Assembly: GCA_019745565.1 (NCBI GenBank)
Contig: JAIESW010000023.1
Coordinates: 17,835 to 81,834, forward strand
Source of the DNA: Burkholderiales bacterium
GTDB taxonomy: Bacteria > Pseudomonadota > Gammaproteobacteria > Burkholderiales > Ga0077523
DNA: 64,000 bases
Direction: 5' to 3'
Numbering within the stretch: position 1 is the stretch's first letter; the number at the start of each line of letters is the position of its first letter. The notes beneath the pieces were generated by a model, which did no database searches, was not told the origin of the DNA, and saw nothing but the letters and a program-made list of their open reading frames with translations. Below are positions 43,529 to 53,322 of this stretch, in pieces. The position numbers were made by a program, and so were the translations under genes.

Positions 43529-43572
43529 GATGAAACCGCCCTCACGCTCCCGCTGGTAAGAACGGTACCGAC

Positions 43573-44217
43573 ATGCTCGACATCGCGAAGCTCGACGTCT
43601 CCATCGGTTCGGTCGCGATCCTGCGCGGCGTCGACATGGCGGTCGGCGACCGGCAGTTCGTCGGGCTGATCGGCCGCAACGGCGCCGGCAAGACCACGCT
43701 CATGCGCGCCATCATGGGCATCCTGCCTGCAAAGGCCGGCAGCATCCGCTACCTCGGCAATTCGCTCGAGAAGACGCCAACCCACAAGCGAGCCCGCGGC
43801 GGCATCGGCTACATGCCGGAGGACCGCCGCCTGGTGCCGGCATTGACCGTCGAAGAGAACGTGTTGATTCCGGCGTGGGCCGGCGGCGGGGCCGACCAGA
43901 CCGCCCGTCTGGAACGCGTGTACCGCATGATCCCGGAGGTGGAGACCTTCCGGGCCCGCAAGGGGCTGCAGCTGTCCGGTGGCCAGCAGAAGCTGGTGGC
44001 ACTGGCGCGTGCACTGATGTCCGGCACCAAGCTACTGCTGCTCGACGAACCCTTCGAAGGCGTCGCACCGGTCCTGGCAAGGCGTCTGGCCGAAGTGATC
44101 GCTGGCCTCAAGGACGAGGGTCTGTCCATCATCCTGACCGAGTCGGACCTGTCGCACTCGCGCGATATGCTCGATCGCGTGTATCGCATCGACCGCGGAG
44201 CCGTCAGCGCAGCCTAG
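43573..44217 (+). CDS. ABC transporter ATP-binding protein (LivF family)
   Basis: Walker A GRNGAGKTT, LSGGQQK signature, LLLLDEP. Confidence 0.9.
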   Translation: MLDIAKLDVSIGSVAILRGVDMAVGDRQFVGLIGRNGAGKTTLMRAIMGILPAKAGSIRYLGNSLEKTPTHKRARGGIGYMPEDRRLVPALTVEENVLIPAWAGGGADQTARLERVYRMIPEVETFRARKGLQLSGGQQKLVALARALMSGTKLLLLDEPFEGVAPVLARRLAEVIAGLKDEGLSIILTESDLSHSRDMLDRVYRIDRGAVSAA

Positions 44218-44292
44218 CAGTCCGCAGTACCCTACGCGGAGGCGTTGCGCGGGCGTCAAGTACGACCCCGCGACGCCGTAAAAAGGGTTCTG

Positions 44293-47200
44293 ATGAATTC
44301 GTCGAATACCGCGGCGGCCGCCCGCCAGCCCTGGCGGTTCGGGTCGATCATCCTGGCGCTGGCGCTGCTCACCGGCGGCGCCGCGTGCGCCTACGGATTC
44401 TTCGCGTGGAGCACCGTCGCGCGGGAGGAATCGCAGCGGCTGGAGAATCTGGCCCGCGTCGCCGGCCGCGCGGCAACCCTGTTCTACAGCCAGTTCGGCA
44501 TCGCGCTCGGCGATCTCGGTGACGAACTGGCCGACGAGCCGGGGACTCCGTCGCACCGCCGCCTGCAGCACATGCTCGACCGGACGCGCTCGTACGCGCC
44601 GACCCTGCGCCTGATCGGCGTCCTCGGTCCGGACGGCGAATTGCTGAGCGCATCGTCCGAACTGCCGGGCAAGCTCGATCCGGCGGAACTGGCGTTTCCC
44701 ACCGCGGAGAATCTGCACACGGTACGAACCCGCTATGGGCTCGAAGTCGGGCGGCCGGTGCAGTCCGCTCATTTCGGCCAGTGGATGATTCCGTTGCGCC
44801 ACGTGATCCGCCATCCGTCCGGCAAAGTGCGCCTCACCTTGTTCGCGCTGGCCGCGTTCGACGACCAGGCCACGGTCTTCGGCGATCTGGCGGTACCGGG
44901 CGATTGGGTGATCGGCATCCTGCGCAACGACCGCTACTTCCAGGGGCGCTGGCCCGCGAGTGCCAACCCGGTGGACGTCTATGCGCGCCCCTTCACCGGC
45001 CCCATCGAGCGGTGGCTCGTGGCGAACCCGGATCGCGCGAGCGGCTACTTCGTGGGCGAGAGCCCGATCACCGGAGAAAAGCGGCTGCTCGCGGTCCACC
45101 GCCTGGAAAATCAGCCGATGACGCTGTTCCTCTCGGCACCGTACGGCATGCTCTGGTCGCGCTGGTTCGCCGCCGTCCACGTGCCGTTCCTGCTGTTCCT
45201 GTTTCTCGCGACCGGCACGCTGTGGATGGGTCGACGCATGGCGGCGCAGCAGGCACTGTGGTCGCGCGAGGTGCAACAGCGTCAGTCGCGCCTCGAGCTG
45301 CTGCACCGGATCGCGACCGAGATCGCCGGCGGAACGCCGGTGGTCCAGGTGATCCGGCGCACGCTCACGGCGCTCGCCGAACGCTATCCGGAGTTACGCG
45401 CGTGCTATTCGACGCTCGACAACGATGGACGACTGGAGGTGCGCGACAGCGTTCAGCCCCCGCACATCGACGATATCACCGGTCTCGTGCTGGACTACGG
45501 CACCGACCCCGAGTATCTCGCGCGGCTGCGCCGTGGCGAGGTGTGCACCCGCGAGCACTGGGGCTCGGACGAGATCCGGACCGGAACGGCGGCGCGACGC
45601 GCGTTGCCGGTGCGCGCCTCGCTCGAGGTCTCGGTGGCGGCGCCGGGCGGATTGATCGGCCTGCTGTGCCTCGACGCCGCAAGGCCGCACGACTGGACCG
45701 ACGACGAACGCGCGACGCTGCGCGAAGTGAGCGCGCAACTGGGCCTCGCGCTCAACGAAGCGCATTCCGAGGCGCTGCGCGCGGAAGCCTCGGCCCTGCT
45801 CGCGCAGCGCGAGGAATTCTTCCGGCGCCTCGCGGAGATCTCGTCCGACTGGTTCTGGGAACAGGACGAACAGTTCCGGTTCAAGAACCGTCCCGAGTAT
45901 CCGGACGACCCGAGCGGCGTGCACCCGTCGGGCCGCCGCTACGTGGGCAAGGCGCGCTGGGAACTGCCCGACACGCACGCCGACCCCGAGCGGATGGAAC
46001 AGCACCGCCAGACGCTTCTGCGTCACGAGCCGTTCCGCGATTTCGAGCTCGAGCGCACCATGGGCGACGGCAGCGTCCGCTACCTCGCCGTGAGCGGTCT
46101 GCCGGTGTTCGACAAGGACGGCAACTTCGCCGGCTACCAGGGCATCGGCTGCGACATCACCGAACGCAAGCGCGCCGAGCTGGCATTGCGGCAAAGCGAG
46201 GAGACCTTCGCCGCGGTCTTCCGCAGTGCGTGGGACGGCTTGTTCCTGATGGACACCGACACCGGCGAGATCCTCGACTGCAATCCGCGCGCGGTGAGCC
46301 TGTTCGAAGCGCGCGACAAGACCGAACTGATCGGCAAGGCCGGCAACGACCTGTTCCGCCGCCCGCTGGCACGGGCGGTGATCGCCGCCGCGCTCACGCA
46401 GCTCGAGCGCGGCGAACCCTGGCACCGCGAGGACGAACTCGTCACCTTGAAGGACAACGCCTTCTGGGCCGACATCTCGGGCGCGAAGCTCTACCGCCCC
46501 GGTCGCGCCACCACGCTGCTGCGCGTCGCCGACATCAGCGAACGGCGGCGCGCCCAGGACGCGCTGGAAGCGAGCGAAGCGATGCTGGGTGCGGTGTACA
46601 ACAGCTCGCGCGATGCACTGTTGGTAGGCGATATCGTCAGCGGCACCGTATTCGACTGCAATCGGCGGGCGCTCGAGATGTTCGAAGCCACGGCCAAACG
46701 CCAGATCGTCGACAGGCCGGGGCACACGCTGCTGCGCCATCCGCTCTCGCGCACCCTGCTCGCAGACCGCCTCACACGCATGGAGCACGGCGCGATCCTG
46801 CGCGAAGACATGGTGTTCCGCACCCGCACCGGCAAGACGTTCTGGGGCGAGATGGTCGCGGCAAAGCTGGAGCTGCCCGGACGCAGCGCCTACCTGGTGC
46901 GCGTCGCCGACATCAGCGAGCGCAAGCAGGCCGAGGCGCAGTTGAAGGCGAGCGAGCAGCGCTTCCGCGATCTCTCCGAGCTTTCCTCCGACTGGTTCTG
47001 GGAACAGGGTCCCGACCTGCGGTTCATCGCTTTCGCGGAGGGCCGGCGCGACGCCGGCGGCCACCACGAGGACGAACTGCTCGGCTTCCTGCGCTGGGAG
47101 CTGCCGTTCATCACCGATCGCGACGATCCCAAGTGGCTCGAGCATCGTCGCGCACTGGAGGCGAGGGAACCGTTCACCGACTTCGTCTTCGCCATCACGA

Positions 47201-48636
47201 GCCCGACCGGACCGCGCTGGGTTTCGATCAGCGGCAAGCCGCTGTTCGACGATCGCGGCACGTTCCTGGGCTACCGCGGCACCGGCAAGGACATCACCGA
47301 GCGGCGCAACACCGAGGAACGGATCCGCTACCTGGCCCAGCACGACGAGCTGACCGGGCTCGCCAACCGAGCCTCGCTGCAGACCGCGCTCGCGCGCGCG
47401 ATCGAGCAGGCGCGACGCTACAGCCGCCGCGTCGCCGTGTTCTTCATCGACCTCGATCGCTTCAAGATCATCAACGACACGCTCGGCCACGATGCCGGCG
47501 ACGCGGTGCTGAAGACCGTGTCGACGCGCTTGCGCGAGAGCCTGCGCGGCTCCGACGTGATCGCCCGCCAGGGCGGCGACGAGTTCGTGGTGCTGGTGGA
47601 GGAGTTCGCCTCCGAAACCGATCTGGCGGGCGTGGCGCGCAAGATCCTCGAGACCTTCGCGCAACCGCTGCATCTCGCCGGTCAGGAGTTCACGGTGACC
47701 GCGAGCATCGGCATCGGCACCTATCCCGACGACGGCCGCGACGTGCAGGCCCTGCTGAAGGCGGCCGACATCGCGATGTATCGCGCGAAGGAATCCGGCA
47801 AGAACAACTTCCAGTTCTACTCGCCGCAGATGAACTCGCATTCCTTCGAGCGCCTGGCGCTGGAGGCAGCGCTGAAGCGCGCGCTCGAGCGCGGGGAACT
47901 GCTGCTGCACTACCAGCCGAAGCTCGAACTGGCGAGCGGCCGCATCACCGGCCTCGAAGCGTTGATCCGCTGGGAGCATCCGGACATGGGCCTGGTCTCG
48001 CCGCTGCGCTTCATCCCCATTGCCGAGGAAACCGGCCTGATCGCGCCCATCGGCGCCTGGGTGCTGGGAGAGGCCTGCCGGCAGGTGAAGGCCTGGGACG
48101 AGGCGGGGCTCGGCAAGTTCGCCATCGCCGTCAACGTCTCCGGCCGCCAGTTCCTGCAGGGCGCGTTGCTCGAGGAAGTGCTGGCCGCGCTCAACTCCAC
48201 CGGACTCGAACCGAACCTGCTCGAACTCGAGTTGACGGAGAGCACCGTCATGCAGAACCCCGAACGCGCCGCCGGCGTGCTGTCGGAGCTCGCGCAGCTC
48301 GGCGTTTCGCTCGCCATCGACGACTTCGGCACCGGCTACTCGTCGCTCGCGTACCTCAAGCGCTTCCCGGTGAGCACGCTCAAGATCGACCGCTCGTTCG
48401 TCATGGACCTGCCGGACGATCCCGACGACGCCGCGATCACCCGCGCCGTCATCGCCCTGGCGCGCAGCCTCAAGCTCACCGTGGTCGCCGAGGGTGTGGA
48501 AACGCCGCGCCAGCTCGATTTCCTGTCGGCCCACGGCTGCGATTTGGTGCAGGGCTTCTTCGTCGCGAAGCCCATGCCCGCGGATATGTTCGAGCGCTTC
48601 GTGCTGGAACGATCGAGTCTCCCGGCGAGCGTGTAA
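44293..48636 (+). CDS. Multi-domain sensor: periplasmic sensor-TM-GAF-4xPAS-GGDEF-EAL
   Basis: ATG at 44293 preferred over TTG at 44245. Two TM segments bracket a ~260-aa periplasmic domain. GAF. PAS modules (SDWFWEQ twice, DCN(P/R)RA twice). GGDEF with RGSD I-site. EAL with [23 protein letters not shown]. Confidence 0.9.
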   Translation: MNSSNTAAAARQPWRFGSIILALALLTGGAACAYGFFAWSTVAREESQRLENLARVAGRAATLFYSQFGIALGDLGDELADEPGTPSHRRLQHMLDRTRSYAPTLRLIGVLGPDGELLSASSELPGKLDPAELAFPTAENLHTVRTRYGLEVGRPVQSAHFGQWMIPLRHVIRHPSGKVRLTLFALAAFDDQATVFGDLAVPGDWVIGILRNDRYFQGRWPASANPVDVYARPFTGPIERWLVANPDRASGYFVGESPITGEKRLLAVHRLENQPMTLFLSAPYGMLWSRWFAAVHVPFLLFLFLATGTLWMGRRMAAQQALWSREVQQRQSRLELLHRIATEIAGGTPVVQVIRRTLTALAERYPELRACYSTLDNDGRLEVRDSVQPPHIDDITGLVLDYGTDPEYLARLRRGEVCTREHWGSDEIRTGTAARRALPVRASLEVSVAAPGGLIGLLCLDAARPHDWTDDERATLREVSAQLGLALNEAHSEALRAEASALLAQREEFFRRLAEISSDWFWEQDEQFRFKNRPEYPDDPSGVHPSGRRYVGKARWELPDTHADPERMEQHRQTLLRHEPFRDFELERTMGDGSVRYLAVSGLPVFDKDGNFAGYQGIGCDITERKRAELALRQSEETFAAVFRSAWDGLFLMDTDTGEILDCNPRAVSLFEARDKTELIGKAGNDLFRRPLARAVIAAALTQLERGEPWHREDELVTLKDNAFWADISGAKLYRPGRATTLLRVADISERRRAQDALEASEAMLGAVYNSSRDALLVGDIVSGTVFDCNRRALEMFEATAKRQIVDRPGHTLLRHPLSRTLLADRLTRMEHGAILREDMVFRTRTGKTFWGEMVAAKLELPGRSAYLVRVADISERKQAEAQLKASEQRFRDLSELSSDWFWEQGPDLRFIAFAEGRRDAGGHHEDELLGFLRWELPFITDRDDPKWLEHRRALEAREPFTDFVFAITSPTGPRWVSISGKPLFDDRGTFLGYRGTGKDITERRNTEERIRYLAQHDELTGLANRASLQTALARAIEQARRYSRRVAVFFIDLDRFKIINDTLGHDAGDAVLKTVSTRLRESLRGSDVIARQGGDEFVVLVEEFASETDLAGVARKILETFAQPLHLAGQEFTVTASIGIGTYPDDGRDVQALLKAADIAMYRAKESGKNNFQFYSPQMNSHSFERLALEAALKRALERGELLLHYQPKLELASGRITGLEALIRWEHPDMGLVSPLRFIPIAEETGLIAPIGAWVLGEACRQVKAWDEAGLGKFAIAVNVSGRQFLQGALLEEVLAALNSTGLEPNLLELELTESTVMQNPERAAGVLSELAQLGVSLAIDDFGTGYSSLAYLKRFPVSTLKIDRSFVMDLPDDPDDAAITRAVIALARSLKLTVVAEGVETPRQLDFLSAHGCDLVQGFFVAKPMPADMFERFVLERSSLPASV

Positions 48637-48697
48637 ACTCCGGCGCTTTCCTCCCGTCGCTTCCGAAGTCGCGACACGCTGCGACTGCCCGCACGCC

Positions 48698-49867
48698 ATG
48701 ACCGATTCGAACCGTTCCGCCGGGTTCGCAACCCGCGCCATCCACGCAGGGCAGGCACCCGACCCCATCACGGGCGCGGTGATGACGCCGATCTACGCCA
48801 CGTCGACCTACAAGCAGCATTCGCCCGGCGTGCACACCGGCTTCGAGTACGCGCGCACCCACAATCCGACCCGCTTCGCGCTGGAGCGCTGCATCGCGGA
48901 TCTCGAAGGCGGCCACGCCGGTTTCGCGTTCGCATCCGGTCTCGCCGCGAGCGGCACCGTGCTGGAACTGCTCGATGCCGGCAGCCACATGGTCGCGATC
49001 GACGATCTGTACGGCGGCAGCTGGCGCCTGTTCGAACGCGTGCGCCGCCGCTCCATGGGTCTCGACACGACCTTCGTGAACCCGGACGACGCCGACGCCA
49101 TCGCCCGTGCGATCCGTCCCGAGACGAAGATGATCTGGGTCGAAACGCCGTCCAATCCGCTGCTGAAGGTCACCGACCTCGCTGCGGTGGCGGCGCTCGG
49201 CAAGGCGCGCGGCATCCTCACCGTGTGCGACAACACTTTCGCCTCGCCCTACGTGCAGCAGCCGCTGACGCTCGGCTTCGACGTCGTGGTGCACTCGGTG
49301 ACGAAGTACATCAACGGTCACTCGGACATGATCGGGGGCCTGGTACTGATCCGCGACAACGCCGAGTTGAACGAGAAACTGTCGTTCATGCAGAACGCCG
49401 TCGGCTCCATCCAGGACCCGTTCTCGAGTTTCCTCGCGCTGCGTGGGGTGAAGACGCTGCCGCTGCGCATGGAGCGCCACTGCGGCAACGCGCTGGCGCT
49501 GGCGGGCTGGCTCGCCCGACACCCGAAGGTCGGGCAGGTGTTCTATCCCGGCCTCGCGGCCCATCCCCAGCATGCGCTGGCAAAGCGCCAGATGCGCGGC
49601 TTCGGCGGCATGGTATCGATCAATCTCAAGGGCGGCATGGAGGAGACGCGCCGCTTCCTCGAGCACTGCGAACTTTTCACGCTCGCCGAGAGTCTGGGCG
49701 GTGTGGAAAGCCTGATCAGCCATCCCGCCACCATGAGTCACGGCTCCCTGCCGCCCGAGCGGCGGCGCGCGCTCGGCATCGGCGACAACCTGGTGCGGCT
49801 GTCGGTGGGCATCGAGGACGAAGACGATCTTCGCCACGATCTCGAGCGCGCGCTCGGCGCGATCTGA
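48698..49867 (+). CDS. PLP-dependent transsulfuration enzyme (cystathionine gamma-synthase/beta-lyase/gamma-lyase family)
   Basis: ATRAIHAGQ...TPIYATSTY; HSVTKYINGHSD with the PLP lysine. 389 aa. Confidence 0.88.
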   Translation: MTDSNRSAGFATRAIHAGQAPDPITGAVMTPIYATSTYKQHSPGVHTGFEYARTHNPTRFALERCIADLEGGHAGFAFASGLAASGTVLELLDAGSHMVAIDDLYGGSWRLFERVRRRSMGLDTTFVNPDDADAIARAIRPETKMIWVETPSNPLLKVTDLAAVAALGKARGILTVCDNTFASPYVQQPLTLGFDVVVHSVTKYINGHSDMIGGLVLIRDNAELNEKLSFMQNAVGSIQDPFSSFLALRGVKTLPLRMERHCGNALALAGWLARHPKVGQVFYPGLAAHPQHALAKRQMRGFGGMVSINLKGGMEETRRFLEHCELFTLAESLGGVESLISHPATMSHGSLPPERRRALGIGDNLVRLSVGIEDEDDLRHDLERALGAI

Positions 49868-49882
49868 GATGACGCCCGTCCG

Positions 49883-50455
49883 ATGGCCCGCGGCCTTTCC
49901 CCCCGGGAGGGCCGGCCCGCTGGCAGGCTTGAAGTCGGGCGCGTGAAGAACCTCGCATCGCTCAGCCGACCGCGCCTGCTCTTCGCCGCGGCCTTCCTGG
50001 CGGTGGTCGGGCTGCTCGGCTACGGGCTGTGGCTGCAGCATGCGCTGCACCTCGAACCTTGCCCGATGTGCATCCTGCAGCGCTATGCCTTCGCCCTGGT
50101 CGGCGCGGTCGCCCTGGTGGCAGCCCTGCACAACCCCGGCGCTCTCGGGGTGAGAATCTACGCCGGGCTCCTGATCGTGGCGGCCCTGGCCGGCGGCGGC
50201 GTAGCCGCCCGCCAGACGTGGCTGCAGCACAACCCGCCGAAACTGGCCGATTGCGGGCCGGGACTCGAGTTCATGGTGGAATCCTTCCCGCTGTCGGAAG
50301 CCCTCCCGATGATCTTCCGCGGCTCCGGCGACTGCTCTAAGGTGGACTGGACCTTCCTCGGTCTGTCCATTGCGGAGTGGGCGCTCGCCTGCTTCATTGG
50401 GCTCGTCCTGCTGGGGATCCTCCTGCTGATCCGGGCGCGCACTACGCCACGCTGA
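49883..50455 (+). CDS. dsbB: Disulfide bond formation protein DsbB
   Basis: Four TM segments, CPMC in the first periplasmic loop and a second Cys pair (DCGPG...GDCSK). The true start may be the GTG at 49943. Confidence 0.85.
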   Translation: MARGLSPREGRPAGRLEVGRVKNLASLSRPRLLFAAAFLAVVGLLGYGLWLQHALHLEPCPMCILQRYAFALVGAVALVAALHNPGALGVRIYAGLLIVAALAGGGVAARQTWLQHNPPKLADCGPGLEFMVESFPLSEALPMIFRGSGDCSKVDWTFLGLSIAEWALACFIGLVLLGILLLIRARTTPR

Positions 50456-50503
50456 GGCACCCGTCAGCGCCCGGCGCCTCAACCCTGGAGGGCTGGCGCC
50501 GAT

Positions 50504-53254
50504 ATGGGTTCGATGATGAACCCCCCTGCGCCCAGGATCGGGCGACCCGCCAGTTCGATCGCCTTCGCGTTCGGTTTCCTCGCGGCGGCGCTGCTGGTGT
50601 TCGCCCTGTTCTACGGGGTGTATGCGTGGAACTCGGTCTACGGCGAGAAGATGGCGGAGATCCGGAACCTCACGGATCTCGCGGCACGCTCGTCGAACAT
50701 GTTCTTCCGTCGCTATGGTCAGGTGCTGCCGATGCTCGGCCAGGACCTCATGGACGAGAGCCCGACGGCGCGACCGGCGGCCGCCCGTGCCCTGCTCGTG
50801 CGCTACCAGAAGGCGCAGCCGGAGCTGGCGCGCATCAACGTCTTCGACGTGAACGCGAACCTGGTGGCGTCGTCGGGTTCGGTGGACCCATCGGCGCTCT
50901 CGCGGTTCCGCGTCGATCCCGCATTCAGCGAGAGCTTCAACGACGCTCTCCGGCGCGACGGACTCGTGATCGGGCGGGTCATGTACGGAGTCTTCGTGCA
51001 GGACTGGATCATCCCGCTGCGCCTGCGGGTCCTCGACCCTCGCACCGGCCGCACCGCGTTCGTCGTGTCCGCCGTGGTGCGCCTCGACAATCAGCAGGCG
51101 CTCTGGCGCGGCCTGCGACTGCCGCCGCAGGCGGCCATCGGTCTGGTGCGCAACGACGGCTTTCCGCTTTCACGCCTGCCGTTGCCCGCGAACCCCACGG
51201 AGTTCTACGCGACGCCGGGACCGTCGGCAGTCTGGCGGTACATGTCCGAGCACGGCTTCCCCGACGCCGGTGAGGTCGACGGCGTCGGCGGCGTCGACCA
51301 TCTGCCGCGGGTCACCACGTTCCAGCGCCTGGCCGACTATCCGGTTGCCGCGTACCTCACGGTGCCGCGTGCCGCCTTCTGGACGGCCTGGCGCGAACGG
51401 GTGCAGGTGCCGTTCGCACTGTTCGCGCTGTCGCTCGCAGGCCTCGTGTTCGCGGCAGCGTGGACGGCCAGGCAGCAGGCGGCGCGCGAGCGCGAGCGCG
51501 ACGCCTCCGAGGCGGCCCTGCGCAGCGGCGCCGCGGAACTGAAGCGCCAGACGGCGCTGCTCGCGCAGACGCAGCACGCAGCGCACATCGGCGGCTGGGA
51601 ACTGGACCTGTCCAACAACCAGCTGTACTGGACCGAAGAGACCTATCGCATCCTCGAAGTCGTGCCGACCGAGTTCAAGCCCACCTTCGAGCAGGCGATC
51701 GAGTTCTACACACCGGAAAGCCGCGGCGCCATCCGTGCGGCGGTGGAAACCGCGACGCGGATCGGCGACCCGTGGGATCTGGAGCTCGAACTGGTGACGG
51801 CACACGGCCGGCGCATCTGGGCGCGCACCACCGGCACCGCCGAACTCGGTGCCAACGGCATGCCGGTACGGCTGTCGGGCTCCTTCCAGGACGTGACCGA
51901 CCGCCGGCGCTCGGACGAACGCATCCGCCGCCTCGCCCACTACGACGATCTGACCGGACTCGCGAACCGCAACCTGTTCGGCTACCACCTGTCGCGTGCA
52001 CTGTCCCACGCCGATCGGTACGGCAAACGGTTCTCGCTGCTGTTCATCGACCTCGACCGCTTCAAGATCATCAACGACTCGCTCGGGCACGACGTCGGCG
52101 ATTCGGTCCTGAAGGTCATCGGTCGCCGCCTGAGCGATGCGGTGCGCGCCGCCGATCTGGTGGCCCGCTTCGGCGGTGACGAGTTCGTCGTGATCGCCGA
52201 GGAGGTCGGCACGAACGAAGACTCGGCCGAGATCGCGCGCAAGCTGCTCGGGAAGATCGAGGAACCGGTGTTCGCCCAGGGCCAGGAGTTCATCCTGACG
52301 GCGAGCATCGGCATCGCGACCTTCCCCGACGACGGCCGCGACATGCAGACCCTGGTGAAGCACGCCGACATCGCGATGTACCGTGCCAAGGAACGGGGCA
52401 AGAATACGTTCGAGTTCTACACGTCGAGCAACGACGGCGTGAACGTGGACCGGCTGTCGCTCGAGTCGCGCTTGAAGCGCGCCGTGAACGACATGAGCCA
52501 GTTCGTGCTGCACTACCAGCCGAAGATCTCGGTGGCCCACGGCACCATCACCGGCGTCGAGGCGCTGGTGCGCTGGGTGTCGCCCGACCGCGGGATGGTG
52601 CCGCCCTCCGAATTCATCCCGCTCGCCGAGGAAACCGGACTGATCGGCGCCATCGGCGAGTGGGTGCTGGAATCCGCGAGCCGTCAGTCGCTCGCGTGGC
52701 GCGCAGCGGGACTCCCGCCGGTGCGCATCGCGGTCAACATCTCCGCCCGGCAGCTCTACGCCGACCACTTCGTCACGCAGGTCCACAAGATCCTCGCGGA
52801 CACCGGCGTGGACCCGGGCCTGATCGAGCTCGAGATCACCGAGAGCGTGATGATGCAGGACGTCCAGCAGATGGCGGAGCGCCTCGCCGAGATGAAGCAG
52901 CTCGGACTGCACATCGCCATCGACGACTTCGGCACCGGCTACTCCTCGCTCTCGTACTTGAAGCGCCTGCCGATCGACAGCCTCAAGGTGGACCGCTCGT
53001 TCGTTCAGGACGTGCTGGCGGACGCGGATGACGCCACCATCACGCGGGCGGTGATCGCGCTCGCGCACAGCCTCAGACTGGAAGTGGTAGCCGAGGGCGT
53101 GGAAACCGAGGCGCAGCTCGAGTTCCTGCGCGGCCTCGGATGCGATCACATTCAGGGCTACCTGTTCAGCAAGCCGCTGCCGGCCGACGAGGTGGCGGAG
53201 CTGCTGCGCCGCGGGGCCCGACTCATCCTTCCCGCGGTACGCGACGCGGCCTGA
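50504..53254 (+). CDS. Sensor diguanylate cyclase/phosphodiesterase (periplasmic sensor-TM-PAS-GGDEF-EAL)
   Basis: FGGDEF with RAAD I-site five residues upstream. [24 protein letters not shown]-terminal sensor is homologous to those of 44293-48636 and 53323-56070. Confidence 0.9.
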   Translation: MGSMMNPPAPRIGRPASSIAFAFGFLAAALLVFALFYGVYAWNSVYGEKMAEIRNLTDLAARSSNMFFRRYGQVLPMLGQDLMDESPTARPAAARALLVRYQKAQPELARINVFDVNANLVASSGSVDPSALSRFRVDPAFSESFNDALRRDGLVIGRVMYGVFVQDWIIPLRLRVLDPRTGRTAFVVSAVVRLDNQQALWRGLRLPPQAAIGLVRNDGFPLSRLPLPANPTEFYATPGPSAVWRYMSEHGFPDAGEVDGVGGVDHLPRVTTFQRLADYPVAAYLTVPRAAFWTAWRERVQVPFALFALSLAGLVFAAAWTARQQAARERERDASEAALRSGAAELKRQTALLAQTQHAAHIGGWELDLSNNQLYWTEETYRILEVVPTEFKPTFEQAIEFYTPESRGAIRAAVETATRIGDPWDLELELVTAHGRRIWARTTGTAELGANGMPVRLSGSFQDVTDRRRSDERIRRLAHYDDLTGLANRNLFGYHLSRALSHADRYGKRFSLLFIDLDRFKIINDSLGHDVGDSVLKVIGRRLSDAVRAADLVARFGGDEFVVIAEEVGTNEDSAEIARKLLGKIEEPVFAQGQEFILTASIGIATFPDDGRDMQTLVKHADIAMYRAKERGKNTFEFYTSSNDGVNVDRLSLESRLKRAVNDMSQFVLHYQPKISVAHGTITGVEALVRWVSPDRGMVPPSEFIPLAEETGLIGAIGEWVLESASRQSLAWRAAGLPPVRIAVNISARQLYADHFVTQVHKILADTGVDPGLIELEITESVMMQDVQQMAERLAEMKQLGLHIAIDDFGTGYSSLSYLKRLPIDSLKVDRSFVQDVLADADDATITRAVIALAHSLRLEVVAEGVETEAQLEFLRGLGCDHIQGYLFSKPLPADEVAELLRRGARLILPAVRDAA

Positions 53255-53322
53255 TCCTCGAGCCTCCCATCCGGCCGCGATCCCGGCGACAACCATCCCA
53301 TGCGCACGGCATCCCGATTCCC

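Noticed and set aside
44781-48701. 1306-aa same-strand, off-frame ORF inside the large GGDEF-EAL sensor gene
   Set aside because: The translation is Arg/Pro/Gly/Ala-rich with no domains. The overlapping frame (44293-48636) carries complete GAF, PAS, GGDEF and EAL signatures.
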